Source: Octopus sinensis (taxonomy: Eukaryota). From it: a stretch of 64,000 bases of DNA. A program made the position numbers and the translations under genes. The stretch is from contig NC_043017.1 in the NCBI RefSeq assembly GCF_006345805.1, positions 15,996,001 through 16,060,000 on the forward strand. Direction: 5' to 3'. Shown piece by piece: positions 13,449 to 25,705 of the stretch. The notes beneath the pieces were generated by a model. It did no database searches and was not told where the DNA came from. It saw only the letters and a program-made list of their open reading frames with translations. Position 1 is the first letter of the stretch; each line of letters starts with the position of its first letter.

Positions 13449-13451
<3 letters not shown>

Positions 13452-13860
13452 TGTGGCCAAGGAGTAACCGAATCCTATTGAATTTATTAAATATTGCTTG
13501 AACATTTCCGAGCATAAGGACGGGGCCACCGCAGGCCCGTGGAATGGCCCGCAAGGACCCCAGACCTCAATACTCCGAACTTCTTTCTCTGCAGAGCACT
13601 CAAAAACCAAGTGTTTGGCGCTAAACCAAAAACACTGAAAGGTCTGAAAGAGAGCATCATAAATGCCTGGCAAGGTATTAGGCCGGAGTTGTGCAAAAAA
13701 GCAACAGATTCGACCGTTGAACGATGTCGTATCTGTATTGCAAATAATGGTTTACATTTTCAACATCCGTTGTAACCTTGTGGAAAAACAAAACATTTCT
13801 GTTCCATTTATTTGTAACCTTTAACAATAATTAGGGTTCGGTTACTTCTGAGCCACCCTG
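13449..13860 (+). mobile_element. Internally deleted Tc1/mariner element (WPARxPDL-type) in MTRES1 intron 1
   Basis: EWPARTPDLNTPNFFLCRALKNQVF transposase C-terminus; 29-bp TIRs 22/29 identical (TGGTGTGGCCAAGGAGTAACCGAATCCTA / CAGGGTGGCTCAGAAGTAACCGAACCCTA); TA on the left. Confidence 0.85.
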
Positions 13861-14249
13861 TGTGTACGAAGAGGGTGAGATGCGCGCACACCTGTATGGT
13901 CAAGATATATAATGTATGTCTATCCCATGTTGTGGGCCCCAATTTTAAGACTCGAGGCAAGTCATAGGCAAAGTAAGATGATGTTATCTGAATACCCTGG
14001 CAGAGGCTACAGTTTAGATGCACACTCACACAGGTGCGCGCGGACTAAATTAAGGTTATTATTTCAAAGCAGGTTTATTTACTTAAAACTGAGAATAAAT
14101 TGTAAACGCACAAGTCCGTTTCCCATCCTACACATATCTGTGTCCAACAAATATACAGTTGTGTAGATTACGTATGGATGAGTTAATACACACAAATATA
14201 CACGCACGAGTGTGTGTCAGATGTAAACAATATGAAATATCAACAATGT

Positions 14250-14760
14250 CCAGTGTGACCTTACCGTTTCCTTCCTTCGACCTCTCTTCAATTTCCTCTT
14301 ATGTCGTCGTTGAATAACAACCAGACTGTTCAAGTCCCGGAGCAGGACACCCGGAGCCACAGGCCTAAACCAACACCCCGAGGGTTGATTTGGGCCATTG
14401 TAAAACGTACGAAGTGGGTTCAATTCGCGGGTGGGTAGAGCGCCGCCGGCAACAGGGTTGTGCGAGTGTTGTCTGGTCGTGGTCAGTGGCAAGACTGGAC
14501 GAAATGATGACGTCGACGCTGTCCTCTGGCACCGGACCTCAGTTAACGGTGTGTGGAGGCCGAGTCGAGGGACAAAGTCCCTTTTAAGAAGACGGACCGA
14601 GCGGACAACGTGCGTCATGTTGGACGCGATTTAGGATTGACGGTGTCAGGTGAAGTTATGTCCCTTATATGGAATGGGAATGCGTTGCTTTTTAATACGG
14701 TGTTGCCTGAAGGTACGTTCCTTCTACAATATTAAGTATGGCAACTGGTTTTTATAGAAT
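14250..14760. promoter_or_regulatory. CpG-rich first exon and promoter region of MTRES1
   Basis: Visibly high CG density against CpG-poor flanks; overlaps the start codon. Confidence 0.5.
14265..14618 (-). CDS. MTRES1: MTRES1 exon 1: mitochondrial presequence-like N-terminus MTHVVRSVRLLKRDF...QRRHKRKLKRGRRKET
   Basis: ATG at 14618; 354 nt ending ACG|GTAAGG, phase 0; Arg/Leu/Ser/Thr-rich with few acidic residues; the four exons join to 777 nt = 258 aa plus stop. Confidence 0.8.
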
Positions 14761-14959
14761 GCTTTTAAATGTTTTCATTTGAATATTTGAATTGAGTTCA
14801 TAATACACACACACATACATACACATATATATACACACATACATACACATGCATAGATACGTTCATACATACACGCAAACACACATACATACATAGATTT
14901 GTATTTATATTCTTAAATGTGTGTGTGTGTGTGTTTTCTTACCTGTTTAGAAAGACACA

Positions 14960-17350
14960 ATGAGATGAGACCCCTTCAACCAGATATATCAAGCTCCCTT
15001 CACTCACCCAGTTTTTGTAAAATGCATGATGGATGTACCCACTCCACCCTTATCTTCCTCTTTTGCTTAAAGAAGCTGATGGGTGTTTGGCTTGAAACAA
15101 AAAGTCCTACCCTCAAAATCCCCCCCACCTCTTTGACTGACCTGGTCATAAACTTTGGATTGATCCAAATAATTCATTGTATCCAACTGATCTGTTTCAT
15201 GGGCAACTGGGGGAGGCAAAGGTTGTGTGGGGCAGATCTTTCAGGGGTCACACCACAAAATTGTGCATCTCTGACCATATTGCTAACGGCAACCGCTAGT
15301 CTTTCCCCAAAACTCCAACTTTGGATCATGGATCTGAAAGTGTCCATCACAACAGCTTGATTGAGATCCTTCCTTAATGGTGTCACCACCCTATGGCACA
15401 CACAGCTTGAAATACTCTCAGCCTGTATTTATAACAAGTATTTAGACGGCAGTATCCAGCTTCCAGCAACTGGGTCCCTCTTTATTGGTTTTGTCCAAGC
15501 TGGCTCAACAGATCTCAGATTTGTGGTCCTAATGGCCAACTACCTGAAACTGTGGACAACGTAAGCTAATCTTGTCTCCTCGCCTGTCAAAAACTCTAAG
15601 TATGACTTGGATGATCTTCTACAGTTTGTCCAAATTCACTTTGGCACATCTTAAAAATCAAGTCTTTAGAAAGATTTTACCTTTATGCAATTATCTCTTC
15701 CTACACAATACCTGCATGCATCCAAGATGCCATTCCACCCACCCACCAGAATCAGTGAGTCAGCTGTTCCTATAAATATCTCTGCTTGTCCAAAGAGGTC
15801 CGATCATTCAACCCTTGATGGGTTGTAAACCCTTGTCTGAAGGCCACTGTTGCCATTATTGTTGGTCAAGTATTGGACCATTGTCTTATCATCCTGGTCT
15901 AACAATAGTGTGTTGATGTTGTTGTTATTTCTGTTTTCCTTTTTGTTGTAAACCTTTTTGCATTCACTGTTGTTGTTTTTGCTGTTGACCACCTTTTGCT
16001 TACCTTGAGTATTTTGTTAGTTTCATTTCTGTCAAAACTTTGGGGTTTAGGAATCAGAAAACCACCAGTTCTTCCTCTTTCCCAACCAATTCCTCTTTGC
16101 CATTTCCAGACTCTTCTCTATTGTCCTTGACATCTTCTTTCCAGAGTTTGGAAGGTTTTTGAGGTTATGTCTGGGGGTCCCTTGGCGTTTCTTTCAGCTT
16201 TTACTATCAGTAGGAAGATTTCAAAAACCCCTTTGTATGTCTGTTAAGAATTTATTGATGTGACTGTTGTTGTTGCTATGGCTGCAATAGTCAGAGTGGT
16301 AGCAACAGTGCAGCGGGGTGGATGGGTGGGTGTTCATCTCTCATCCTCTCCATCATGGGGCAGAAAGCCCTGAGGTTTTTTTCTCTTATCTCAAATACAA
16401 TATTTATGTTTCTGCACTTGATGACCTCCACTCTTCATTTAGTCAAACTCTTTGAAATAGAAATAATTAGGTTTTGGTCACCAGTTGACCCCAGATAAAA
16501 TAGGGTCATTCCAAATTCCTGGAATGTGATTTTTGATTGGGTTTGCAGTTCTCTATTGTATACGGCTGCCATCGTCCCCTACTTGTGTTCCATTTTGTTA
16601 CAATGCCAGTAGTGGCCCATACCACTTCCAGGCAGAGCGAAATGTCAGCCACATCAACATATAATATGTGGTCCCTACATTAAAGTGGGATACATGTTAG
16701 AACAGAAAAGAATTTACATGTTTAATAGAAGGTTCATAAATGAACTGTGTGACACCTTGGGAAAATATCTTTTATTATAACTGGGTCAACCCCCATCAGA
16801 CCATACATGTTGTGAAGCTGTGGACATAATCCAGTGCCCACTTTAACACCACCATCCACTCATCTTTAACTGACAAAAGTAGGGGTCACCTTGCTGCAAA
16901 GCGTCAGACCGGGCCTCTGGCCACAGAGTTGATGTGATTCTTCTTACTTCAGCAGCCAATGAGTTAAGGTGTCATTTCCTCTGTTCTCTCTCCAACCAAT
17001 GCTGGAAGCCCTACAAAGGTCACAGGTCACATGGCTGTTCCTGCCCAATGGTATTACATGGGTTGAGCCAGTGTTTGCTGTAGTTAGATTTTAGGTAATA
17101 TTTGTTGTGGCGAGAGTCATCAACACCCCTGGGGGATTGGAAGAATGGACTAGCCGAACTCTTCTAAAGAGTAGTGGTTGGCAGTAGTCAGCAAGAGCAT
17201 TTTGGTAGCCTCGCAAAGTATGTCATGTGAACACATTGATTAAACCTCCGCTACATAATTAATCCGTGCCAACCTGTAGCAGGATATGAAAATATTTAAG
17301 GAAGGGTGCAACAAAAACCTCCCTTGCTCCACAGCTTCTGCCCTTCCCCC
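14960..17350 (-). mobile_element. Heavily degenerate non-LTR retroelement, possibly L1/Tx1-like
   Basis: LILVGGWNGILDA near 15750 resembles the APE endonuclease GDxN motif; otherwise fragmented. Confidence 0.35.
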
Positions 17351-17426
17351 TCTGAAATAAAACATCTTTAAAATCGTGCAGTGATGAGGGAAGTAAAAAA
17401 AGACAACAAGAATGATTGATTGATAT

Positions 17427-17432
17427 TTTATT
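17427..17432 (-). promoter_or_regulatory. Candidate polyadenylation signal (AATAAA) for the CAP gene
   Basis: AATAAA on minus strand about 550 nt after the stop codon. Confidence 0.35.
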
Positions 17433-17876
17433 TTTCTCTGTCAGCCAAAACAGTGTTTCTCATAGACATGGGCCCCAATGAAGATTGAAAAAGAATCGGA
17501 TGAACAAACAGCCATGTTCTTATAAAATTAACAGAGTTTTAAGTTTTTAAACTTGTCCAAACCTGTGATGAACAATGTAAGATTATACAGAGATAAACAT
17601 TATTTTGGCTTTGTATTATGTAAAGGAAAGAGGGTGGAGTGGGGTAGGGAAAGATCTTGTGGTGGTGGTGGTGATCAGTCTCATATCTGTCAGTCTAAGA
17701 ACCATAGAACCAATGTGCAATAGGGTACACAGTGTTTCTCTCATTACTAAATTTGGTGGGATTTAGGTTTCACAGAAGAAATCTAATAAGGCTTCAGCCT
17801 TATTAGATAAGCCCAGAGTTGTCTTCCATAATTACTGTAAGACTCACAGTAGTCATCGAAATATATATATACATAT

Positions 17877-17963
<87 letters not shown>

Positions 17964-17985
17964 TTGTATGACTAAAATTGTTTCT

Positions 17986-18137
17986 TTAGAATGTTTTAAA
18001 GACATTTTCTTGCAGTTCTTCCTGAATGTTTCCAGCTGGGAAATAAAAGACCACCACAGCCACTGCCCCAACACTATTTCCAGCTTTACCAATTCCAATA
18101 TATTGACTGTTTTTCCAAACCAATTGTGTGAAGTGAC
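17986..18137 (-). CDS. Tandem-CAP (GAPR-1/GLIPR2-like) gene, last exon: GHFTQLVWKNSQYIGIGKAGNSVGAVAVVVFYFPAGNIQEELQENVFKTF*
   Basis: tttttgtgctgcag acceptor, phase 1; CAP signatures GHFTQLVW and YxPAGN; TAA at 17988-17986. Confidence 0.92.
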
Positions 18138-19885
18138 CTGCAGCACAAAAATCAAAATAAATCAATCAAAATCAATCTATAAATAAATTCCATGGATTCT
18201 CTTCAAAGGTTTCATTGCTTGAACACAGGCTGGGTTTTCCTTTCAGACACAATCACAGTACCTGGCTCCTGTGTTTTGCAGGGGTCAAGGATGCTATTTT
18301 TTAAATCTAAAATAAACCTCATAATTTTGCCACTAATTCTAGAGGTCAAAGGTCACATTTGTCATAAGAGGAGGTTCATCTAAGCGAAACTAATTATGTC
18401 TCTGAATTGTAAAAGTAAAATCTAATATACTGACTATTTCTGTATATTTAATGGCTATTTCTCAACCAAGTGGTCATTTCTGGAGTCACAGCATCAATGA
18501 AAGATAAACCATCTACAGAAGCTTCCAGATACATCTATTCTTGCTCATCACTGATTCATTCATCACTGATCCAGGACATCATAGTACACCTAACTGGGAA
18601 CCATTTTACCCTCACCTGTGATCACATGACTTGGCAATCATATTCCTCACTATTATTCTTTGATTCTTTTACTTGTTTCAGCCATGCTGGAGCAACACCT
18701 TCAAAGGTTTTAGTCGAAGAAATTAACCCCAAGACTTATTCTTTATTAGCCTGGTACCTATTCTATTGGTCTCTTTTGCTGAACTGCTAAGTTATGGGGA
18801 CATAAACACACCAACAATGACAGGAGGCAAATACAAGACACACACATACACCCCCACACACGCGCGCGATGAGCTTCTTTCAGTTTCCATCTACCAAATC
18901 CACTCAGAAGGCTTTGGTTGGCCTGAGGCTATAATAGAAGACACTTGCCCTAGGTGCCATGCAGTGGGACTGAACCTGGAACCATGTGATTGGGAAGCAA
19001 GCTCCTTACCCCAAAGCTGTGAATTTTTTTTTACTACTTCCTCTCATAAGTCATTAAACTTTACTCTGTTATTCCAACCATGAAACAAAGTTATTGTGTG
19101 TTTAAAAACCGTTTGTGGGTGTTATTTGGGTGAGTTAAAGGGACAATTTGGCAGCTCAGAATGAAACCTTATTTTTTCCCTATATTCTCTCATTCATTTA
19201 TCATTGATTCAATTGTCTTTTTCTTGCTGTTTTTTTTAAAAACCAAATCCCTGATTTGGAGAGACGAATATGAAATGCTAACCACCATTACCATCATCAA
19301 ATAGCCATTTTCTACACTTCTATGGGTCAGACAGTTCAGTAGGATGGAGAGCCACAGAGTTACTTTGAGCTTCAGTTTGTGTTTTGACATGGTTTCTGTG
19401 GCTGGATGCCCTTCCTAATGCCAACCATTTCACAGAGTGGCACTGGATGCCTTTTGCACACCACCAACACAAGGTCACCGAGTAACTTGCAAGACAAAGT
19501 ATAGAACAAGAAGAAGGAACAAAAGGCTTCTCGACTAAACAGGGGGTTAGTATTTGAGAGTAGGGGGTGGTGGCGATGGTTCTATGCTAGGTGCTGAAAG
19601 GCTGATGTATGATAGAGGGGCAAGTATAGGTATTTTGCTTCAGAGATAAAATTCTACCTGACATTAGACAACTTGATTGACAAGCAACAGAAGACTGAGT
19701 TATGTCCCTTCTCTAAGAAGGCACCCACAAAACTTGGGCTTGTATAGAGTCAGTCGGTCTGCTAGAAATAATAGCTAAATGAAATCTCCCTGAAGCAACA
19801 CCCAACTGTGCAACAAGGTGCACTCCACAAATAGAGGTGTCCAACGATTAGATGGAATATAGAAGCTTGTTGTATGACAACACAT

Positions 19886-19923
<38 letters not shown>

Positions 19924-19957
19924 GTAAGTTATATAAAAATGAAGAACAGATCTATAC

Positions 19958-20035
19958 CTGTATCCATTCGGTGTTTGTAATGAGAGAAATCAAAGTTTTT
20001 CACTTGGCTGTACCAAAGATCTGTCACTTCAGAAC
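19958..20035 (-). CDS. CAP gene exon (domain 2): GSEVTDLWYSQVKNFDFSHYKHRMDT
   Basis: gtgtttgcag acceptor and GTATAG donor, 78 nt, phase 1 to 1; WYx motif. Confidence 0.9.
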
Positions 20036-20357
20036 CTGCAAACACACAAACACATAATTTCATCATGTTGAACCGTTAGTCCCTCATTCTTTTCTCTCTC
20101 ACTTTTTCCTTCCCTCCCCCCCATTTTTCTCCCCTCGTTCCTTTCTGTCAAAGAGCATAGGCTTGAAACATCAAAGACTTTTCCGTTCTTCCAGAGTGTC
20201 AAACTAATACACCTGCTTGTTGCTTCTTCACCTGTCTTCATCTTTTGTTTTTTCTAAATTCACTGCGGGTCAATGTGATCAACTCAGCCCCTCCCACAAA
20301 ATTGCTGCCCTTGTGGCAAAATTTGAAACCATTATTATGATTATTACTAAATATATA

Positions 20358-20863
20358 TCTATATATATAAAACTCTAGTTGTGTGAGTGTCTGTCCCCTT
20401 CGATTTAGATTCCTAACTCCTCCCACATTTTGCGGTGCAGTTTAACCAAATTCGGGTATCTTATAGTCGTGATTCATATCGAGCCCGTCTGATTATTAGC
20501 GCGCGTCAACGATGAGTCTACGATTTAAAAAATAATTTAACATAATTTTTTATTCCATTTTAATGCATAAAATGCATCGTATGTCGATGGCGGCGGAGTT
20601 GGCGTCCATGGTCACACCTGCACCTGTTTGCTTCTCCTCCTTCCCTCCCTCGTGAAGCTGTGGGGAAGGGAGTGTAAAGAAATCAACGTCGTAATGCGTT
20701 GTGAAGGAAACCAGCGTTCTTTTAGAACAACGACTTCATGGCTTGAAGACACCAAAACAAAAATGGCTAAGAAAGCCCGAATTTATAAGGGAAGTAACTC
20801 TCTAAAAATGCTTATATAGTTATTTCCCTTACAAACCCGAGCAACGCCGGGCGATACTGCTAG
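20358..20863 (+). mobile_element. Non-autonomous Helitron in a CAP gene intron
   Basis: 5' TC after A(20357); 3' hairpin CCCGAGCAACGCCGGG then CTAG(20860-20863) before T. Confidence 0.75.
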
Positions 20864-20879
20864 TATATATATATATATA

Positions 20880-21093
20880 TACTCTCTCTTTACTCTTTTA
20901 CTTGTTTCAGTCATTTGACTGCGGCCATGCTGGAGCACTGCCTTTAGCCGAGCAAATCGACCCTGGGACTTATTCTTTGTAAGCCCAGTACTTATTCTAT
21001 CGGTCTCTTTTGCCGAACCGCTAAGTGACGGGGACGTAAACACACCTGCATCGGTTATCAAGCAATGCTAGGGGGACAAACACAGACACACAA

Positions 21094-21124
<31 letters not shown>

Positions 21125-21295
21125 CATATATACGACAGGCTTCTTTCAGTTTCCGTCTACCAAATCCACTCACAAGGCATTGGTCGGCCCGAGGCTATAG
21201 CAGAAGACACTTGCCCAAGATGCCATGCAGTGGGACTGAACCCGGAACCATGTGGTTGGTTAGCAAGCTGCTTACCACACAGCCACTCCTGCGCT
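20880..21295 (-). mobile_element. Full-length family B SINE
   Basis: tRNA-like head GCAGGAGTGGCTGTGTGGTAAG..GGTTCAGTCCC, internal (TA/TG)n, tail CCAGCATGGCCGCAGTCAAATGACTGAAAC. Confidence 0.85.
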
Positions 21296-21417
21296 TATAT
21301 ATATATACACACACACATATACATACATCATCACCGTCTTTATTGGTGTTTTGACAATCCACGTTTGCAGGTTTCCATGGGTTAAACAACAGGAAAGAGA
21401 GAAACAAAAAAACACAC

Positions 21418-21907
21418 CTGAGAAGCCAGTTCCTTGCTTTGTCCATCTGAATACAATATTTTGACCAATTTGTTGGCCTTTGTACAACTGGCTACTGTAA
21501 GATATGTAAGACTCTTTGGCAATAGATTCGGCCCACTTTTGTGCCAGTTTACTCAACTGTTCTGAGAGTTGCAGAGGGGGACTGTGGTGCTGGTGCCGGT
21601 ATTTGTTGTGAGTTTCCAGACAGTCTTTGGAAAACATGGCCAGCGTTTGTGTGACAGACTGGAATATCTTTGGTGATTGATGCTTGAGGTTGCGTGAGGA
21701 GGTCTCAATTATGGAATTTGTGGAATTAGATGGAAGACTCTTTGGTGATTGATGTGTGTGGTTGATGGGGAGGGTTCTGGCAGAGGTATTTATCACAGAA
21801 CAACTGGATTCTGGAGAGTTTGACTGAAGATTTTCTGGTGACCCATAACTTAGGTTGAGTGAGGTTCTGGCAGGGATCTCTATCACAGAACTGCTGGAAT
21901 CTTTTGT
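21418..21907 (-). CDS. CAP gene exon: Ser/Thr/Pro-rich linker plus N-half of CAP domain 2 (CLETHNKYRHQHHSPPLQLSEQLSKLAQKWAE...IGQNIVFRW)
   Basis: ttttacttcag acceptor and G|GTGTGT donor, 490 nt, phase 0 to 1; HNxYRxxH and AQKWA motifs. Confidence 0.9.
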
Positions 21908-22208
21908 CTGAAGTAAAATAGAATAGAAAATAACAATAATAATAATAATAATAATAATATTTTAAAATATAAAAATCAAGTAGATTGAGATGATTGATTT
22001 TATGGTACACAGAATAAGAATTGGAGCATATAGAAATTCTGGAAGTCACCAAAGCAGCCAGGTGTCTAAGGAAAATCGTAATGTATCACTTCTTATTTTG
22101 AACTTGACAAAGACAGACGTACTGTTGAAATATCGTTCAACTAATAAAATATCTTACAATCGAATCGAATCATGCTCTTCTTCTTGACTAATAATAATAA
22201 TAATAATA

Positions 22209-22247
<39 letters not shown>

Positions 22248-22269
22248 TAATTAAAGAAGAAATGAGCAC

Positions 22270-22615
22270 AAAAAAAGATATGGTAACAGAAAAAAATGTA
22301 CAGTGAGTTTACAAGAGATGCAAACACCAAGGCAGATGCAGAGGAGTGGTGGCTATGGATGAGGAGGAGAGAGCTGGAGATAGAGAGAGAAGCACTCATG
22401 TGCACAGGTGAGGAAGAAGCGTCAAAGACCAATTATATGAAGTGCAGAATAGACAAATGCAGAATGTGTGGTGAGAGGGGTGAAATGGTATGGCACATGA
22501 TTAGCGAATGCCTGATCCAGTGGGATCACCTGACCAGACATCGGAAACTGGACATTGTTGTGGTGAAGAAACAAACAGAAAGAATGTGCATGACAATTGA
22601 CATAGCAGAAACTCA
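22270..22615 (+). mobile_element. R4/Dong-type non-LTR fragment (CCHC knuckle plus start of RLE)
   Basis: KCRMCGERGEMVWHMISEC and KLDIVVV..CMTIDIA; flanked by (TAA)n. Confidence 0.75.
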
Positions 22616-22708
22616 GAACTTAGCAACAGGTGAGATACAGGTAAGCATCTTGTCCAGCGAGTCAAGAAATTCTGCCAGTTCCCCCACCTATTTTATCATT
22701 ATTATTAT

Positions 22709-22762
<54 letters not shown>

Positions 22763-22785
22763 AATAATAATAATAGTAATAATAA

Positions 22786-22829
<44 letters not shown>

Positions 22830-23629
22830 ATCTGAAATAAATCTGGTATTTTGGTTGAGAGAAGATAAACCTGTAAACAATCTCTTTGTCTCTCTGTTTA
22901 TCTCTCTACCTCTTTGTTTAGTTACTAATCTATTTATCTATCTACTTAAGTGTTTATCTAACTGCTTATCTATTCATCTGTTTATTTCCTTGTCTGTCTA
23001 TTCACCTGTGCATATGTCTGTCTGTCTGTCTCTCCCTCTCTCCCTCTCTCTCTAGTTCACAATAAGATAAGACAACAATTCGGTGTCATGTGTCAGTAGC
23101 GTATTGCAGGTGTGTAGACAAGCAAGTACCATATCCAATTTAAACCAAAGATCTGACTCAGGATTGGTCCTTGGAGAGGCAGAGATGCGAAAAGAAGAGC
23201 ACAAATTTACAACAGCTGTTTTGGTTGTATTTTATTGAGGCATTCATAGATTACATCATGGCATAAAATCCACCATCTTCAGGTAAAATTTTAAACAGGT
23301 ATCAAACAGGTAAGATTATACCTTGATGATGACATATTCAACAAACAACATGTTGAACAGGTGATATTTTAAAAACAGACATTTGAATTTATAGAAAAAT
23401 CAGAAGTGGAAAACGTGATGAGCGAAAAGGTCAGACAGTCTTTTGTTTTGAACGGTTATCTTAATTTATGGCCACAACTTGCTGTGAAGGAATGCAAAAA
23501 ACAGACAGGTTGTAGCCAAGGTCTATCGTTGGGGGTCATGAAAACGAAGAAGATGTGAAGAGAAAGAAAGCAGACTTTGAGGAGCCTGACTCTTCTATAG
23601 AATTTGTCATTAATGAGAGAGTTTCTTAC

Positions 23630-23706
23630 CAGAGGAATTGATCTCTGACATTGTTTACTGTGTCGGATTATGGCAGGTTTGGTCTGGTTTATCACAGGAA
23701 TCCCAT
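23630..23706 (-). CDS. CAP gene 77-nt linker exon: DGIPVINQTKPAIIRHSKQCQRSIPL
   Basis: ctttcttccag acceptor and CTG|GTAAGA donor; supplies exactly the phase 1 to 0 change needed between flanking exons. Confidence 0.8.
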
Positions 23707-24423
23707 CTGGAAGAAAGAATGGACAGATAGAGCCAGGATAGTTTATATGTAATATATACAGTAGATGTGTGACAGTGGGAGCATATGTGTGTGTGTGTGT
23801 GGGTGCTGTGTGTGTATGCCAGTATGGAAAAAGGGACGTTAAATGATGATGATGATAATGAGAGGGACAACAGTGACTGCCTAGCTATCTATTTGTTAGA
23901 TAAAGGCTAAACAGGCCAACACTTCGAAGTCACTGTCACCACTCTTCTTGTAAATGTATAATAGATCTGTACAAAAGAAGTATTGAATAATTCTTCAGTC
24001 TGATGTGAAATTGTTTTTATTATAACTCAACATAAAAACAAACATTAATGTGTGTGTGTGTGTGTGTGTGCATGTGTGTGTGTGTATTACTGTTGACCAG
24101 GTTATCAGATGTTGTTATACATCGCTGGTCACAATGTACTTTGCACTGTTTTACCTTTTGGATGACCCTCCCACCCCACCCTGATGGCAGGCAAACAGGC
24201 CAACATTGCCCCTGATCAGAAGTCAACTTTGTCACAGGGTGACCTATTCACAGCTGAGTGGACTGGAGCAAAGTGAAATGGAAATATTTCACCCAAGAAC
24301 ACGAAGTGCTGTCCAGGAATTGAACCGATGATCTAAGGATTGTGGGTCCAGTATCCTAATCCCTAGGCCATGTCCCTTCACACATACACACATTGAAGTA
24401 CAAGGTGTTGTGTGTATGAAGTA

Positions 24424-24812
24424 CAGTGATCCCTCACTGAACGAGTTTAATTCTTTCCATGACCAAAGCTCATCTTAGGATTTACTCATTTTACAAATCA
24501 ATTTTCCCCTCCATTGAAATTAACTAAAATATAATTAATCCATTCCAGTCTCCAAAAACCACTCAAAAATAACTTTTTATGGGTTTTAAAACAGAAAAGG
24601 TGTAGTGACAAGTAAAACGACAATTATAAAAAAGAGAATGAAAAAGAAATAGGAAAACTGGTTTTATTAACTGAATTACTTTAAAGATGGGATGATTTGT
24701 TGGCTCAAACTGCGGATTTCCGTTCGTACCTCAAGACAAAAGTTCACACAAGTCTCGACTCGTACAGCAAATTACGCGTACAATGGGTCACTCGTAATGC
24801 AAGGTTCTACTG
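24424..24812. mobile_element. Tigger/pogo-like MITE
   Basis: TA-CAGTGATCCCTC...AAGGTTCTACTG-TA degenerate TIRs with TA duplication. Confidence 0.5.
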
Positions 24813-25154
24813 TACATTATATACAGAGAGGGATATAATGATGTGTATATGGCTTAGGATATATATATATATATATATATATGAATGGGGAGGTACAATG
24901 AAGAGGGTGCATAGAGTATAATATATATAGAGAGGTACAACAGGGTGTATACAAATGACACCATCATCGTCATTATTATCATTTTAACACCCTTGGATGA
25001 GATGGAACACATTGGGGCAGATTTCCTGTGCATTCCACACCCCACCATGCTATATCAAACCACCACCACCACCACCACCACCACCACCACCACCACCACC
25101 ACCACTTCTCTCCTCAACCAAACAACAACAACAACAAACCACCCACAAACTCAC

Positions 25155-25310
25155 CAGGGTAAAACGGAGGTAAGACATTGGTGTTGTAATGACCAGAGAT
25201 GTTTCCTGCTGGGTAGTAATGGGCAACTATGATGGAATGACCGTCAGTAGTGGACGCTTGACCAATACCCATTTGTCTACTTGACCTCCACACAATTTGG
25301 CTGAAATGAC
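25155..25310 (-). CDS. CAP gene exon (domain 1 C-part): GHFSQIVWRSSRQMGIGQASTTDGHSIIVAHYYPAGNISGHYNTNVLPPFYP
   Basis: tttctctatttcag acceptor and G|GTGAGT donor, 156 nt, phase 1 to 1; CAP signatures. Confidence 0.92.
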
Positions 25311-25514
25311 CTGAAATAGAGAAACAACAAAGGAGTAGTGACTTTGGGAGGTCATTGAAGGTAAAAGTTCATTGTGAGGGTCAGTTGTTGTGGTCAAAGT
25401 GTATTGGGTGGAGGTAGGGGTGGGTCATTGTGGCCAAAGAGTGTTGGGAGTGGGACATAAGAGTGAAAATTTGTTGGATGACAGGTGTAATATTTGGCTG
25501 CATGAGAGACCCAC

Positions 25515-25705
25515 TGGGTCATCAGGTCATTTGGTCAGATAGGCCATCCAGTTAGTCCGGCCATTTGGTCAGATAGGCCATTCAGTCAGTCCAGCATTTT
25601 GATCAGTCAGGCCTTCAAGTCAGTCAGGTCATTTAGTCAGACAGATTCAGTTAGTTAAGGTCATTTGGCCAAGTCACTTGGTCAGTCAGGCCATTCGATC
25701 AGTAA
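25515..25705. repeat. Degenerate minisatellite (GGTCATTTGGTCAGATAGGCCA-like units)
   Basis: Recurrent ~20-25-nt units visible in sequence. Confidence 0.6.
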
